The translations under genes and the position numbers were made by a program. Shown here piece after piece: positions 62,689 to 64,000 of a stretch of 64,000 nt of DNA (its first letter is position 1; each line of letters opens with the position of its first letter). This stretch comes from Octopus vulgaris (lineage: Eukaryota). The notes below the pieces were generated by a model. The model worked only from the letters and a program-made list of their open reading frames with translations, was not told the origin of the DNA and searched no databases. Where the stretch lies: positions 18,290,001 through 18,354,000 of the forward strand of contig OX597820.1 of assembly GCA_951406725.2 (NCBI GenBank), read 5' to 3'.

Positions 62689-63383
62689 CAAAATATTACA
62701 TTATATAATAAGCCCTAATTATATAATGTAATATTTTGAATTCGCCTTAAATGGTCCTTTTACATACTGAACACTTGGTGAAATTGATTAATTAATTAAT
62801 TTTACCCTCAATTGTTGATATTATAATTCATTTCTCTCGGTCATACTGCCTCGGTTCTCGCGGTTAAAATATGATGTTTGCTAGATAGACCACGTGGGTG
62901 GAATGGGGAGTGCAGAATTTTACGCCTGCACATTTTGAATTTGTTGACACTGTTTAGTTGGAGTGGTTCATCTGAAGCGACAAGTTCGCTGATAGGTAAA
63001 GTTCCTTCTTTTTAGTGTTTCCAAATCCAAATTAAGAAATTTTGAGCTGACGAAAGAAATGCTGATTTTATTTGGCTAATCTTGAAACGTTGACGTACTC
63101 AAATGATCTATGTACTTGTGATATTTTTCTGTATTTACCCCCAAACCTTCGTGAGCTGTCTGGAGTAAACATTATCTGAGAGAAATTTTCTTTAAGTAGT
63201 AGAAATGCTAAGAAAAATTTTTTTGGCTGCTATTTCTACTAAGTTCAGTATGTGGCAAAGTAATTTATTTTACTAAGCCCTAATTATATAATGTAATATT
63301 TTGAATTCGCTTTAAATGGTCCTTTTACATACTGAACACTTGGTGAAATTGATTAATTAATTAATTTTACCCTCAATTGTTGA

Positions 63384-63386
<3 letters not shown>
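62689..63386 (+). mobile_element. Non-coding Penelope-like/retrozyme-like element: 565-nt unit + 112-nt direct repeat + 21-nt inverted 5' segment
   Basis: 62709-62820 equals 63274-63385 (1 mismatch). 62689-62709 is the reverse complement of 62718-62738. Internal hammerhead; 3' end runs into (AT)n. Confidence 0.78.
63041..63103 (+). ncRNA. Type I hammerhead ribozyme, complete core
   Basis: TTTGAG CTGACGA AAGA-aat-GCTGA-ttttat-TTGGC-taa-TCTT GAAA CG-TTGA-CGT A CTCAAA: 6-bp stem I, interrupted stem II, stem III ACG/CGT. Predicted cleavage after GUA at 63097. Confidence 0.85.
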
Positions 63387-63599
<213 letters not shown>

Positions 63600-63603
63600 T
63601 ATA

Positions 63604-63932
63604 TGGCCCCCGTGTTGGTGGCATGTAAAAACACCATCCGTTCGTGTCCGTTGCCAGCCTCGCCTGGCCCCGTGCCGGTGACACGTAAAAGCACCATCCG
63701 TTCATGGCCGTTTGCCAGCTCTGTCTGGCACCTGTGCGGGTGGCACGTAAAAAGCACCCACTACACTCACGGAGTGGTTGGCGTTAGGAAGGGCATCCAG
63801 CCGTAGAAACACTGCCAGATCTGACTGGGCCTGATGAAGCCTTCCAGCTTCACAGACCCCAGTTGAACCGTCCAACCCATGCTAGCATGGAGAACGGACG
63901 CTAAATGATGATGATGATGATGATGATGATGA
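63604..63932 (+). mobile_element. Family-E element
   Basis: Two to three ~60-nt units, GGTTGGCGTTAGGAAGGGCATCCAGC, (GAT)n tail. Confidence 0.85.
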
Positions 63933-64000
63933 TATATATATGAATATATATATATATATATGTATATATATGACTGGCCTGGTGCAGCCTTCGGGCTCCC

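Overview
AT-rich, extremely repeat-dense eukaryotic DNA with no supportable protein-coding host gene. It reads as intron or intergenic sequence from a coleoid cephalopod, most likely Octopus (inferred from the style of the tRNA-derived SINEs and the microsatellite load; not checked against a database). Nearly all long ORFs in the track are microsatellite artefacts. Content: (1) dozens of copies of four tRNA-headed SINE-like families (my labels A-D) and a (GAT)n-tailed element with internal ~60-nt repeats (family E). (2) Decayed transposase/LINE relics: mariner, DD37D/maT-like Tc1, two hATs, RTE, CR1. (3) Two non-autonomous Helitrons, a Helentron-like element and several MITEs. (4) Six 5'-truncated R4/Dong-clade retrotransposon pieces from three subfamilies stacked in a (TAA)n field at 52.3-56.2 kb. 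(5) The most interesting signal: at least eight type I hammerhead ribozyme motifs from five unrelated sequence families (33.2-34.4 kb, 40.5-40.8 kb, 60.6 kb, 63.05 kb), plus fainter relics. They sit in short non-coding elements with Penelope-like architecture (inverted 5' segments, partial tandem repeats, palindromic stem III) that mostly abut (AT)n or (TAA)n microsatellites. Coordinates of degenerate repeats are approximate (about +/-10 nt). Ribozyme, palindrome and TSD coordinates were counted by hand.
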